64,000 bases of DNA from Calcarisporiella thermophila CBS 279.70 (taxonomy: Eukaryota > Fungi > Calcarisporiellomycota), in contig NW_027192196.1 of the NCBI RefSeq assembly GCF_041956535.1, positions 675,823 to 739,822 on the forward strand. The letters are read 5' to 3'. This document shows, piece after piece, positions 40,663 through 51,506 of this stretch. A program made the translations under genes and the position numbers. The notes beneath the pieces are model-generated. The model did no database searches. It was given only the letters and a program-made list of their open reading frames with translations, and was not told the origin of the DNA. Each line of letters begins with the position of its first letter. Positions within the stretch are counted from its first letter, which is position 1.

Positions 40663-41460
40663 ATGGAGAGACGAAGATCCCGAACACGAAAGGAAAGAAA
40701 ATTAAAAGAGAGGCCAAGAAGAAAAGAGCGCGGCAGAAGTAGAGAGCGAAGCAAAGATAGTTCCCGCTCGAAATACAAGCGCAGGCGATATTCACGTTCT
40801 CTTTCCACATCTTCATTTTCCTCCTCCTCCTCCTCCTCCTCCTCCTGCTCTACTTGCTCTTCTAGTTCTTCTTCTACCTCTCGGTCTAGGACACAATCCC
40901 GGACGAGATGGAGTTCCCGTAAATCCAGAAAAAAAGAGCGAAAAAAGAGACACAAAAAAAAGACGGAAAGATAAGGATAAGCGTAAGCGTAGAGAAAACA
41001 ATAAACCCGAAATACCAATCACCCTCGTATCCTCGCCTGGGCAGAAAGATACAGCAGCGGTTGATAATGCTTTACTTGCAACTAAACTGTCATCAAATTC
41101 CGCCACCGTCAATGAGACATCGACTAGTCAGAGCGTGATACACGCGACTACCGCCGTAGCACAAAGATCCAGGCAAATGGCCCCACAAACTAAAGAGCAA
41201 TATGAGAAAGAAATGTCAGTGGTACGCGAAGTATTCGACCCTCTCTCTGGGCGTATGAGGTCTATCGATTATATTTAAGAGAATTTCTGTCGTGATTCAT
41301 TGACACTTTCTTTCAACAAGTTAGGTTGATCAAAGGTTCTGGAGAGGTTATAGAGCGTCCAGTGTCTCGAGCAGAACAGACACGAATACGAAAAATGGCA
41401 ACGGAATGGGATGGCATGCTATTTCAGAGTTCACTCTTACAGCAGAACAAACCCAAATGA
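40663..41460 (+). CDS. SR-25 / ARL6IP4-like splicing-associated protein, interrupted by an apparent 1-nt frameshift in an A8 run
   Basis: RS/poly-Ser N-terminus. A second frame carries MAPQTKEQYEKEMSVVREVFDPLSGRMR|LIKGSGEVIERPVSRAEQTRIRKMATEWDG (SR-25 C-terminal domain). Confidence 0.8.
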
Positions 41461-41634
41461 GCATTTTCCTAGTATGCTTATTATAAAGAATTTTGTACAA
41501 ATAAAATATAATAATTTGTATAAATGAAAGGTATGAAGCACAAAAAAGAGACACGCATAGTTATATAAGAGACAATATGGAATAGGGAATATATACATTG
41601 AATATAGAATTATTAGGAGTGATTGTAGCCCAAA

Positions 41635-42160
41635 CTATTGGCAATAAGGCATATATCCCTTGGCGATTAGAGATTCCCCCATTACAAGATCAGACATCAT
41701 AAAGGAAAGTTCCCGCATATAACTGTCGACTTCCTCCTTCTCATCTGCGTCGGTTTGCATATTAACTATTGAATCGTCTGGTATGCCCTGTGCTGATTTT
41801 GGCGGTGGACAGCTGAGCCGGTATGACAAATGTTTAATGAAAATAGAAGCTCTCCAAATAATTTTTCTGCAATTACCTTGTGTCTCGATTAAATGCCACA
41901 GAGTATTTAGAAAGAGGTTTACATCGCTGCATCAGGTAGAGTTTCTCCTCCGTTGTTAGTCGGATAGTGCTAGTAGATTGTTTCGCCTGAACATGCGTAG
42001 GATCATTTAAGGGTAGCCGATCACTCTTGATCAATGGTTGAATGGTGGAATCTTTAGTGTGAATTTGGGGTAATTCAGGAGCAGCCCGATTCTTTGGGGG
42101 GAGGGGAAGAGTTATGATCTTTACTGAATTCGACGCAATTGATGTATCTGTATCCGACAT
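41635..42160 (-). CDS. Hypothetical protein, 2 exons
   Basis: ORFs 41873-42160 and 41635-41829 join in frame through a GT(AATT)..CAG intron. No family recognised. Confidence 0.5.
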
Positions 42161-42254
42161 TTCTGATAATTTAATGTTAGGAATAAGAATTTCTTTTTAA
42201 AATTGTACTTGTGGCGCGTTTTCCTTCATTTATCTCCTTTTTTCCATAAAAATT

Positions 42255-43427
42255 ATGACCCTTTTTGCTTGCGGTTCAAACGGAAATGGTCAATTAGGAG
42301 TCGGTCACGAAGACGATATATCATTTTTTGCACCCTGTCTTTTCACACACCCACTTCCTTCTCATACACCTCCACAGTTCGTCACCGGAGGAGGAAACCA
42401 CGCTGCACTTGTTACTTCTTCTGGCGAATTATGGCTGTCTGGACTTAACTCCGATGGACAGTCCAGCGCTTCTAGTTCGGAAGATGAAGGCTGGACATCC
42501 TTTCGGCCCTCTACAATTCCCGGTTCAACTCGAGTAAAGACGGTATGTTGTGGATGGACAACAACTTTTGTAATAACTGAGCAAGATGGACTGGTTTATG
42601 CGATGGGGAAAGGTTCATCCGGGGAACTAGGACTAGGCCAAGTAGTGAAATCATCAAAACCAGCGTTAATAGAGGCTCTGAGAGACGTAGTGGATATACG
42701 TTGTGGTCTAAGACATGTAGTTGCGCTGACTCGAGACGGGTCATTGTGGGGGTGGGGTAGTGAGCGGCATGGAGCCCTAAGCAACTCAAAGGAGACATAT
42801 ACGAACAAATCCAATGCCAAAAAGAGCACGCGATGGCGACCTGAACCCGTGCAAATAGATGCCCGTGCTGTGGCGATTGCTTGTGGCCTTTATTTTACTG
42901 CCATTCTCGATGACCAAGGCCGCGTCTGGACTATGGGTTTAAACAAGCATGGTCAGCTGGGGCGCGCGGATCCGAAAGATTTGATAAGCACCTCAAAGCC
43001 AATGATTGTTTCTCTGCCTACAAAAGTCGTGCAACTCTCTTGTGGCTGGAATCATACCGTGGTGCTATGCGAGGATGGTGGTGTCTATGCGTGGGGCCGT
43101 AATGACCACGGCCAGCTGGGCATTCGTGGCCCTAATGAAATTGGCACATCGGCTGATGGCTGGTATTCAGAGCCCATGTCTATTGCGTATCTACCGCAGC
43201 AGATTTCTCTTACCAACATCTCACGCATTGCCTGTGGATCCGAGCACACTCTGGCAGTGACCAGTGACAAAAAACTATTGACATGGGGATGGAACGAGCA
43301 TGGTAATTGCGCGACTCGAGACCGCTGCAACGTCCTTGAGCCACGACTCATAGATGGGGTCGAGAATGTGGCGGGAGTAGGCGCTGGGTGTGGAACAAGT
43401 TGGGTGTGGACACAAGGCGCTAGATAA
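42255..43427 (+). CDS. ATS1: RCC1-repeat protein Ats1/Kti13 (DelGEF/SERGEF-like)
   Basis: Intronless. LFACGSNGNGQLGVGHEDD start, multiple RCC1 repeats, WGWNEHGNC and GAGCGTSW end typical of Ats1. Confidence 0.8.
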   Translation: MTLFACGSNGNGQLGVGHEDDISFFAPCLFTHPLPSHTPPQFVTGGGNHAALVTSSGELWLSGLNSDGQSSASSSEDEGWTSFRPSTIPGSTRVKTVCCGWTTTFVITEQDGLVYAMGKGSSGELGLGQVVKSSKPALIEALRDVVDIRCGLRHVVALTRDGSLWGWGSERHGALSNSKETYTNKSNAKKSTRWRPEPVQIDARAVAIACGLYFTAILDDQGRVWTMGLNKHGQLGRADPKDLISTSKPMIVSLPTKVVQLSCGWNHTVVLCEDGGVYAWGRNDHGQLGIRGPNEIGTSADGWYSEPMSIAYLPQQISLTNISRIACGSEHTLAVTSDKKLLTWGWNEHGNCATRDRCNVLEPRLIDGVENVAGVGAGCGTSWVWTQGAR

Positions 43428-43604
43428 TTCCATGAATTCTTTATTTAGTATATATCTATGGATAGACGTGTATACAAATTTCCTCTTTACTAATAGTCTT
43501 GTTTTCGACTCAAAAATATCTCTTGAATTCGAAGATTAAGAAATCAATCCGACGCCTTACCCTTTCTTGACTACTATGTTTTTTGTTTTACCGGGATTTC
43601 CACC

Positions 43605-43890
43605 ACGGGTTTTGAATAGGCTCCAATGGGCCGGGAGAGTTTCCACGATTTGCCCCATGGCACGGACGGGTTTGTGGCCAAAATTTGGCGACATGGATAT
43701 TGATTTCAGACCCGACTCCCAACCAGCTCTCCGAGAAATTCCATTTAGGCTGGACTAAACATTGAAAATAAAAAATGGAATGGGTCAGCCTATGAATGCC
43801 AAGTGATGGGCGAAAAAGCAAAATAAAACAAAAATAAAACCCGACCGAGACCAAGGGGGGGTGAGGGCCACACAATCTTGGGGGACCCGT
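43605..43890. promoter_or_regulatory. Cluster of five RACCCGW motifs upstream of the secreted repeat-protein gene
   Basis: ACGGGTT at about 43605 and 43666 (minus strand); GACCCGA about 43709; AACCCGA about 43838; GACCCGT about 43884. Confidence 0.4.
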
Positions 43891-44230
43891 TCAATAAAAG
43901 GAGAGCGAAAAAGGAGTACATACCAAAACCTAAAGGATTATTGGAAAATCAAGATGGATATAGAGTAACCATGCATTGGAAAATAAAAAAACTTTCTCGG
44001 CTTTTATTTCTCTTCCTCCCGCTTCCTCTTTTTTTCTTCCCCTCTTGTTTACACTCGTTTTTCTCTTGTCCTTAGATTGCTTTCGACTTTATCCTCCCTT
44101 CATTTCCTACAAGTCTGAACGCGGGATCGTTCGCACACATATCGCACTACCCTTTGTCAATACACAACCACCGCATATCCATTCTTTATCCCCCCTCATC
44201 TTCTTAGGGAGCATTCAGCACAGAATAGCC

Positions 44231-45166
44231 ATGAAATTTGTATCCGTTGCACTAACACTCCTCATCGCCTCCTCGGCAGTACAAGGGCTGCCAATGCTTT
44301 CGCCCGACCTCGATGTTGCCAGAGCCGAAGTTCCGCACACTGTCGACCTTTCTGAGCGTACACTTGGCTTGGGTCTTCTCAAACATCGTCGAGTGTGCTG
44401 CCCGCGGAACCAGCGCCGCACCTTGGGGCTCATCAAAACCCTTCTTGGTAAAGGTCGCTGTGTTCAATGCGGCAACGGTAACCGCAACGAGAACGTGAAT
44501 GTTAATCGCAACGAGAACGTTAACATCAACAATAACAACAATAACAACAATAACAACAATAACAATAACAACAACAATGGCCGTGGTCGAAACGACAAAG
44601 GGCGAGAGGAAGTCCGCAAAGAGGAGAGCCGAGAGGAGGAATCCAATCAGGAGGAGTCTCGTAAGGAGGAGAGCAAGCAGGAAGAGTCGCGCAAGGAAGA
44701 GGAGAAGAAGCAGGAAGAGTCTCGTAAGGAGGAAGGAAATAAGAAAGAAGAGATGAACAAGGAAATGAACGAAGAAAAGAAGGAGGAGGAAAAAGGAATG
44801 AACGAGGGAATGAAGGAGGAAAAGAAGGAGGAAGGCGAAAAGGGAATGAAAGAAGAAATGAATAAGGAGGAAATGGGCAAAGAAGAGAACAAGAGCGGAT
44901 CAAGCGAAGAATCTGAAGAGGACTGCGAGGAAGAGGAATCCTCAAACGAAGGATCCACCGAGTCCGAGGAAGACTGTGAGGAAGAGGAGTCCTCCGAGGG
45001 AAGCAAGACAGAAACACCCTCGGGCGGTAGCGAAGAAGAAGACTGTGAGGAGGAAGAGGAGCCAAGCAAGAGTGGGTCAGAATCCGAGGGAGGTGAGGAG
45101 GACTGTGAGGAAGAGACAGGCGAATCTGGCAAGAGCGAGGGCTCCAGCTATAACAGTGGATATTAG
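44231..45166 (+). CDS. Secreted low-complexity repeat protein / putative peptide precursor (311 aa)
   Basis: Signal peptide MKFVSVALTLLIASSAVQG; pro-region ending LSER; two RTLGL repeats with Cys; poly-Asn; EESRK repeats; 4x EEDCEEE. Intronless. Confidence 0.8.
   Translation: MKFVSVALTLLIASSAVQGLPMLSPDLDVARAEVPHTVDLSERTLGLGLLKHRRVCCPRNQRRTLGLIKTLLGKGRCVQCGNGNRNENVNVNRNENVNINNNNNNNNNNNNNNNNNGRGRNDKGREEVRKEESREEESNQEESRKEESKQEESRKEEEKKQEESRKEEGNKKEEMNKEMNEEKKEEEKGMNEGMKEEKKEEGEKGMKEEMNKEEMGKEENKSGSSEESEEDCEEEESSNEGSTESEEDCEEEESSEGSKTETPSGGSEEEDCEEEEEPSKSGSESEGGEEDCEEETGESGKSEGSSYNSGY
44528..44578 (+). repeat. (AAC/AAT)n coding microsatellite, poly-Asn
   Basis: About 17 consecutive Asn codons. 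Confidence 0.9.
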
Positions 45167-46637
45167 ACTTTTTTATCATATCATACTTTGAATAAAATTA
45201 TTATTTAAAGATAACCCTGTATTATCTTATCTTCTGTTTTTATTTTATAAATTCAGCTATCCATTCCAAGCTTGTCATTTTTCTTGAATTAGCATTTGCA
45301 ATCTACTTTACTTACTACTGCAAAAATAAATAATAGCATCACAACACCTGACCACAGCCATATCACGAAAATGACTTTAAGCTTCCATAGCGCACCCTGT
45401 TCATTACTCTGATTGGCATATATAGGGCTTTAATTTTAATTCGAATAAGCGCCGATAGAGGATGCGTCGAGATATAGCCACAAGGTTTCAATCAGAGAGC
45501 TTCAGCTTGAATTCACAAGTCCATGTAGAGAAGACATAGATTAGATGTCGGCTTTGACGGGTACCGCAATACCTTTAGATCAAGCTAACCTATCGCCCGT
45601 GTCGAATAACAAGATAAGCCAAAACAGGGGAGCGACCGAGAAGATAGTGAGACGGCACCCTGCAGTGACCAAGGAATTGGGGAAATGAACCGCTTTGTTG
45701 CACTGCGGGAAAGGCTTGAAAATTCCGGAATTCTCTGCTAGTCGTCTGACCTTTCTTTCTGGTATATTATCCCGCCCGGCGGGCTGGGCCGGGCCACCAT
45801 TGGTCACATCCTAACGTTAGATGAATCACGAATTAGGCTAACACTAATTTATCCTCGCGCCAACAATATAACGCAATGCAGTCAGTGGCGGTGGCTAACC
45901 TATTTTTTTGGGATGACGTGATGCGGGCCCAAGGTGAGCTTCCTATTTTCCTCAAGGCGCAACTTGCGAGATGCGAGATGTTTTTCTACCGGCTGTAGCT
46001 TTATTATATTACATGCCTGCCACTACTGCCGGTCAACGATCCTGTTAAGCCGTAATGAGTCATTTTCTATACCGGTGGGTTTTTTTTTGGGAAGGCTTTT
46101 CGGTAGATGCTAGCGATGCTTTTAGGAAAGTGGAAGAGCTGGGGACAAAAACTGATGCATAAGCATACGGTGGCCTCGCCACGGATCGCTTCCAGGCTAT
46201 GGCTGTTGGGAGATGGTAGGCTTGGCTTATGGGCTATCTTGTCAAAACCTTGTTTTCCCCGCATTTGTTGTTGGTAGAGATTTTCCCGCGTGCTCTAGTA
46301 CAGCACTTGAACGCGCGTGCCCTACTGATTCGAGAAGATTATCCCGCCGCCATCTCATTTGCTCCTCCACAATGCACTGGAAAGCGGGCAGGGTTTGGCA
46401 CACAGCATAAACCTTGTGGAAACTCCCTTCAATGTTGTGTAAAAGTCGATCTGGCGCTAGTGTATAAACACACATAAAATGCAGCCGGTATCCGCCTCCC
46501 TCCGCTCTGCCTTTCTCCTTACTCTCTTCCGCTGTTTTGTTTCTTTTGAAGGAGCCGATATCCTTCCGCTGGATTTATTCCCCTGGCACTTGCAATACCC
46601 TCGGAAAGCTCTATTCCTACCGATTTCTTCAATACTC

Positions 46638-47609
46638 ATGCTGTTTCGAGGAGAGCAAGAATACGGCTCCCTTTCTGGGGTCAAGCCTTATGACTATGGG
46701 GGCTTCCCTTCTTCCCCTACCCCCCTTGCCTACACTCACCAGCAATGGCAACGTTCCGACTTGAGTACCTCACAATATAAACCTATGAATATCCCAAGAA
46801 ATGAATGCAAAGAAGCAATGCATGCTCTCTACATTCCGACCACTAGCATTGGCTCTACCTCCTCGGAAGAGAATTACCTCTTCACGCCTCCTTCTACTCC
46901 ATCTCATCTTCTCTCGGGATCATCCTTGCAAATTGACCTCCATTCCTCCGCACCAACACCTTCTAGCACCACGCCATATCATCCCGGACTAACGAAGCCA
47001 CGGGCTAACTTCGCCTCCATTTCAGCGCCAACACTGAAACCAGCCATGCCGCTACATGTGGGTCGGCCTTCACAGTCTTACGCTGCGCTTATCCAGCAAG
47101 CTATTGAATCGAGCCCGCACCAGCATCTCTCCGTATCCGAGATCTACACATGGTTCCTCACTCACTATCCCTACTTTAGAACCGCACAATGCACATGGAA
47201 AAATTCGATTAGGCACAACTTGACTATGAAGCGGATGTTTGTGCGAGAATCCCGGCCGGCTTGCGAGAATGGGAAGGGAGGCGTATGGAGGATTAATTAC
47301 GCAGCAAAAAACGGTAGTGGCGAAAAACAACCCAAGGCAGACAGGACGAGACGCCAATACAATTACCATCCGTACCTAGCCTCTGCGCCGTCGCCTTCGT
47401 CGCCATCTTCGTCGCCATCTCCAGCCTCGGGTTCTTCATCAATTTCGCCTTCGGTTTCGTCTCCTTCCACTTCATCGTCCCAACCATACTTTATCCCTTC
47501 AACGCTGGGGGCAAACTCATCGACCACTCATCAAGAGCTTTATCCTCCTTGCAGTGTCCCGTACAATGCGTACCAACTAGGATATGAGAGATCTACACTA
47601 CATGGGTAG
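46638..47609 (+). CDS. Forkhead (winged helix) transcription factor
   Basis: RPSQSYAALIQQAIESSP..LSVSEIYTWF..YPYF..WKNSIRHNLTMKRMFVRESRP..GKGGVWRI. Start codon uncertain. Confidence 0.9.
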   Translation: MLFRGEQEYGSLSGVKPYDYGGFPSSPTPLAYTHQQWQRSDLSTSQYKPMNIPRNECKEAMHALYIPTTSIGSTSSEENYLFTPPSTPSHLLSGSSLQIDLHSSAPTPSSTTPYHPGLTKPRANFASISAPTLKPAMPLHVGRPSQSYAALIQQAIESSPHQHLSVSEIYTWFLTHYPYFRTAQCTWKNSIRHNLTMKRMFVRESRPACENGKGGVWRINYAAKNGSGEKQPKADRTRRQYNYHPYLASAPSPSSPSSSPSPASGSSSISPSVSSPSTSSSQPYFIPSTLGANSSTTHQELYPPCSVPYNAYQLGYERSTLHG

Positions 47610-47978
47610 CAAACCGAGAATTGATCTCCCCGATTTTTAGTACAATCAATAAGCATTTGCGGCGTAGAGTCGCCATTGCTTCCTCCCCTTCCCCCATATT
47701 TTGTCACATATTTCGATCTTTGTGTAAGCTCGCCTTTGCGCTCTCAGGTTATTAAATTTGATTTGCATTATTTATTAACTTTATTTACTTTGTAAGTGTA
47801 CGACTTGTTGATGAATGTTAAGAATTCGAATGTTCATTTATAAGATATATTAATCATTTAAATACAAAAACAAAGGATAGAAGAGGTCGAGAAAAACGTG
47901 TAAGCAATACAATATACCTTAAATCTATAGTAAAAAAAGACGAGGTGTGATATAAACAAGAGGATTCTCATTAGACGG

Positions 47979-48639
47979 TTATGCTGCCTCATGGTTATTG
48001 TTTAGTTTTATGTCCTCCTTTTTCTCTTGCACACTCCCTGTCTCATCCCCTTTCGGCATCTCATCTTCTCCGCTTCCATCCTCGTCCTCGTCCCCATCCT
48101 CATCCTCAATTCTAAGTTCACCATCCGCTGTAGCATCGTTTTCCTTTTTTTGCTTCTTGTTTTGCTGCTTTGCCTTTCTTTTTTGTCGCTTTGCTCTCTT
48201 TTTAGCAGTTCTTTCTTCCGCTTCTTTTTGCATGCGTTCAAGTTTCTCCTGAAATTCCTTTTGATCCTTTTCCTATAACATACATACGCAGATAGTAAAC
48301 TTAACATACCTTAATCAGGTTGACATATGTAAACCATACCTTTTTCGCCTCCTCTTCCATTAATTTTACTCGAGTGAACTCTCGCCGTCTATTTGCGCGG
48401 TATACATGGAACTCTCCACTACCTGCTCCTGCACTTGAACCGGGCACATTGCGCACAAAATCTTTCGGTGGCTTGATAGTTTTCTCCTTGGGCCGCTCGG
48501 GAATAACAATGGGTTTTTCAGGACGTTTGAGAAGGAGTTCGAGCTGTTTTCTTTGCTTCTCAGCTGCGGTAAGAGGATGCCGGCGAGTGCTTCCGTGATG
48601 CTCGGGTTCTTCAGGAGACTGCGAGCGTGACGGATCCAT
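47979..48639 (-). CDS. PRKRIP1: PRKRIP1 (DUF1168) spliceosome C* factor, 2 exons
   Basis: VRNVPGSSAGAGSGEFHVYRANRRRE..AEERTAKKRAKRQKRK. Confidence 0.93.
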
Positions 48640-48943
48640 CCCTAACAATTAATTGTCTGTTTATTTGATTAATATTAAAAATGATATAAGAGCAAAAGGA
48701 CAATAAATGAAGAGAGGAGATTAATGTACGGGAGGGTCGAAGGGATCAATCCAACAAATATAAAAGATCAAATGGTTTGGACCAGCTTTTCATGAAAATA
48801 TTTCCAAATTTTTCCTTCCTGCGAATTCGCAGTCCTAGCCCTCCGCAGTAGCTGCATTCACTTGTTTACACTTGTCCTTCATCTTCTTTGTTACTCAGAT
48901 CGCTTCTCTGCCCTCGTATATTGAATAAGATTCGGTCCCCACT

Positions 48944-50365
48944 ATGGCAAGCACCGAGTACGCCCTAGATGGTTTAGAGGTAGGCATTTTATTCTTTGAA
49001 GTAACAGACCTTCAATAATGTCCATCCTCTCTCATGAATACTGATTTAATAATTGCACTCTAGAATCGTCTAAAATCACACCATGAAGCATTTGAATCGC
49101 TCCTCAAGCTCATCCCTGCCCGCTTTTATCTACCTCCTGAGAATCCCGAAGAACGCCTCAATCCCAAATATCTCAAAAATAAGCGTAAAAATGCCCCTAA
49201 ACAAGAAATAAAGGAGGCATCAAAAAAGGCAAAAAAAGCGAAACTTGATCCAGAGAATAATAAGAGTATCGAGCAGTTACAACAGGAGAAAGCAGATAGC
49301 GAATTGACGAAGGCAAATGAAGAAATAGAAAATGACAATGAGGATAATAACGAAAAAGACGAGAGCGACAGCGACGAAGAAGAAAAATGGGAAGATGCAG
49401 AGGAGGACCAACCGGAAGGAGATATTGAAATGGCAGAATCATTTACCCCAATGCAGAATGCCTCAATAAACGATCTTAAGGCTCGGCTGCATGCACGTAT
49501 CTCGCAATTGCGTGCGACACGTAATGCAGATACTTCGAAGAGCCGGGAAGCTATTTTGCAGAGTAGGTTGAAGCGGAAACAAGCGAAACGGAAGAAGAAC
49601 CAAACAACATCGAGTGGAAAGGCCTCAGAAGAGATTGTACCCTCCACCGCATCATCCACTGCTTCAGCCAAAGAGGATAACCTCCCTCGTGCTGATTCTA
49701 TCAAGGAGGATGGCGAAGTGCGATTCAGCAGAATTGAGTTGAATGAGACAGCTAAGAAGAAGAAAGGACCAAAGGACGCAAAGACGGCGCTTAAACAAGT
49801 AATTTATTCTATTAGCACAGTTTAATTTTACTCCAGCTAATTTTTATTTTCCTATTTACTAGGTGGAGGCACATAGAGAGAAACTAGAGAAACTGAAAAA
49901 TGTAGATAAAAATAAGGTGAGTATATACTCTTCTCTTCGGCAGAAGTGCGAAAATTATTGAATTCTGGATCTTGATTGTTCATTTAGGCTGAAGAGGTGA
50001 TTGAGAAGGAAGCGTGGAAGAAGGCAATGGCCATGGCGTCCGGAGAGAAAATAAAAGATGATCCTAAGTTGTTAAAGAAGACGATCAAGCGTGAAGAACA
50101 AAAGAAGAAAAAGAGCGAGAAACAGTGGAAAGAGCGCGCTGAAACTGTAATCAAGAGCCAAGCGGCCCGCCAGGAAAGACGGCAAAAGAATATCCAGGAG
50201 CGGATTGAAGCTAAGAAAAACAAGGGAAAAAAGGTAAACAAGACCAGTGAAACACTTAATTTTACAATATTTAACCATGGAATTATTTTTTTCATTGCAA
50301 TGTGCATCCAGAAATTACGGCCCGGTTTCGAGGGATCTAAACAGAAAAAGATTAAAAAGAAATGA
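48944..50365 (+). CDS. RRP14: Ribosome biogenesis protein Rrp14/SURF6
   Basis: RLKSHHEAFESLLKLIPARFY N-terminal domain; AWKKAMAMASGEKIKDDPKLLKKTIKR..KSEKQWKER..RPGFEG. Confidence 0.93.
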
Positions 50366-51506
50366 GAATTACCGTAGCATTTTATACGATAAATATTTCA
50401 TGTTCTAATTTTTCTCTTATTTTATTTTATTCTTTTTTGTTTGGAAATAAAATGCTTGACAGCTCATAGATATATCTGTCGAAAATGTTTTCCAGCCTGC
50501 AGCCTCAATTTGATAGAGTTTTAAATGGTCCAGATAGATGCTTATCTTGAGATACGAGCTCTACTTCTAAGGCACCCCCTCCCCCACAAACGGGAGAACT
50601 GCCTTCATATCTCGCCAAGCTCTATTAAAAGTTGACAAATATAGTGGTTCGAATCTATCCGTAAACATATTCGAATCAGGCACAATATCCCCAGCGTGAT
50701 TCAAATTCTCCCGTCGAGAGTTAATTTGAACCTATCTGGCTTTCTTTGGCATCTAGGACTTGAGTGAATGATCGGCCAATAGTCGGAAAAGAGAGTTGGA
50801 GTATGCTGCTGGCTTTATTTCTCTGTCGTTATTCACGAATTATACTCTGATGTAATCATATTGGCCACTAAGCAATTGTTAATTTAGCATTTTTTTATAC
50901 CCTAGAAAGTAAATAGGCTCAACCGCGCCCTGAAGCACGCATTTTAAATACGACTCTACTGACTTACAACTTCTGTGTATCTATTGGGTGAAAGTTTTCT
51001 ATAGGATTTGCCGACGGATCGATCAATGATAAACTCCATGTTGATGTTTAATATAAGGTTCTATACGTGGAACCTCTCCGCAAATTGCATTCATTTCAAT
51101 ACAACCCGCCCTCAACAATGTACGAACACATGTGACACTTGGTGACGTTGCCACTGGTTTTTGCTGTATACCACATAATATGTTAGATCTTAACCATCCA
51201 TAAAGATTAACATTTATGTTTGAGAGAATCGCGATCATCCAGGTATTCATGTTTGACGATTATACGCTGAATATCAGATCCATCGATTAGATCACATAAA
51301 AAGCTTTATTATAGTCCTTGTCGATCTACCAATTAATTGATCGGATCGTATTACGCTTTTCGTACTCTACCCTCTTTCCTGCTCTATATTTTACTCTCTT
51401 TTTCTCCGCACTTACTTTCCTGTTTTCTTGCGATCTATTGGCGTCCACCAGCGCCATCTTGTACTTGGATACCCATTATTGACTGCCTGCCAGAGATTGA
51501 GTTCCC

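Noticed and set aside
50949-51010. CGACTCTACT...TTTCTATAGGA resembling the U3 snoRNA 5' end
   Set aside because: GGATCA of box A is absent, no intron explains the gap, and no convincing B, C or D boxes follow.
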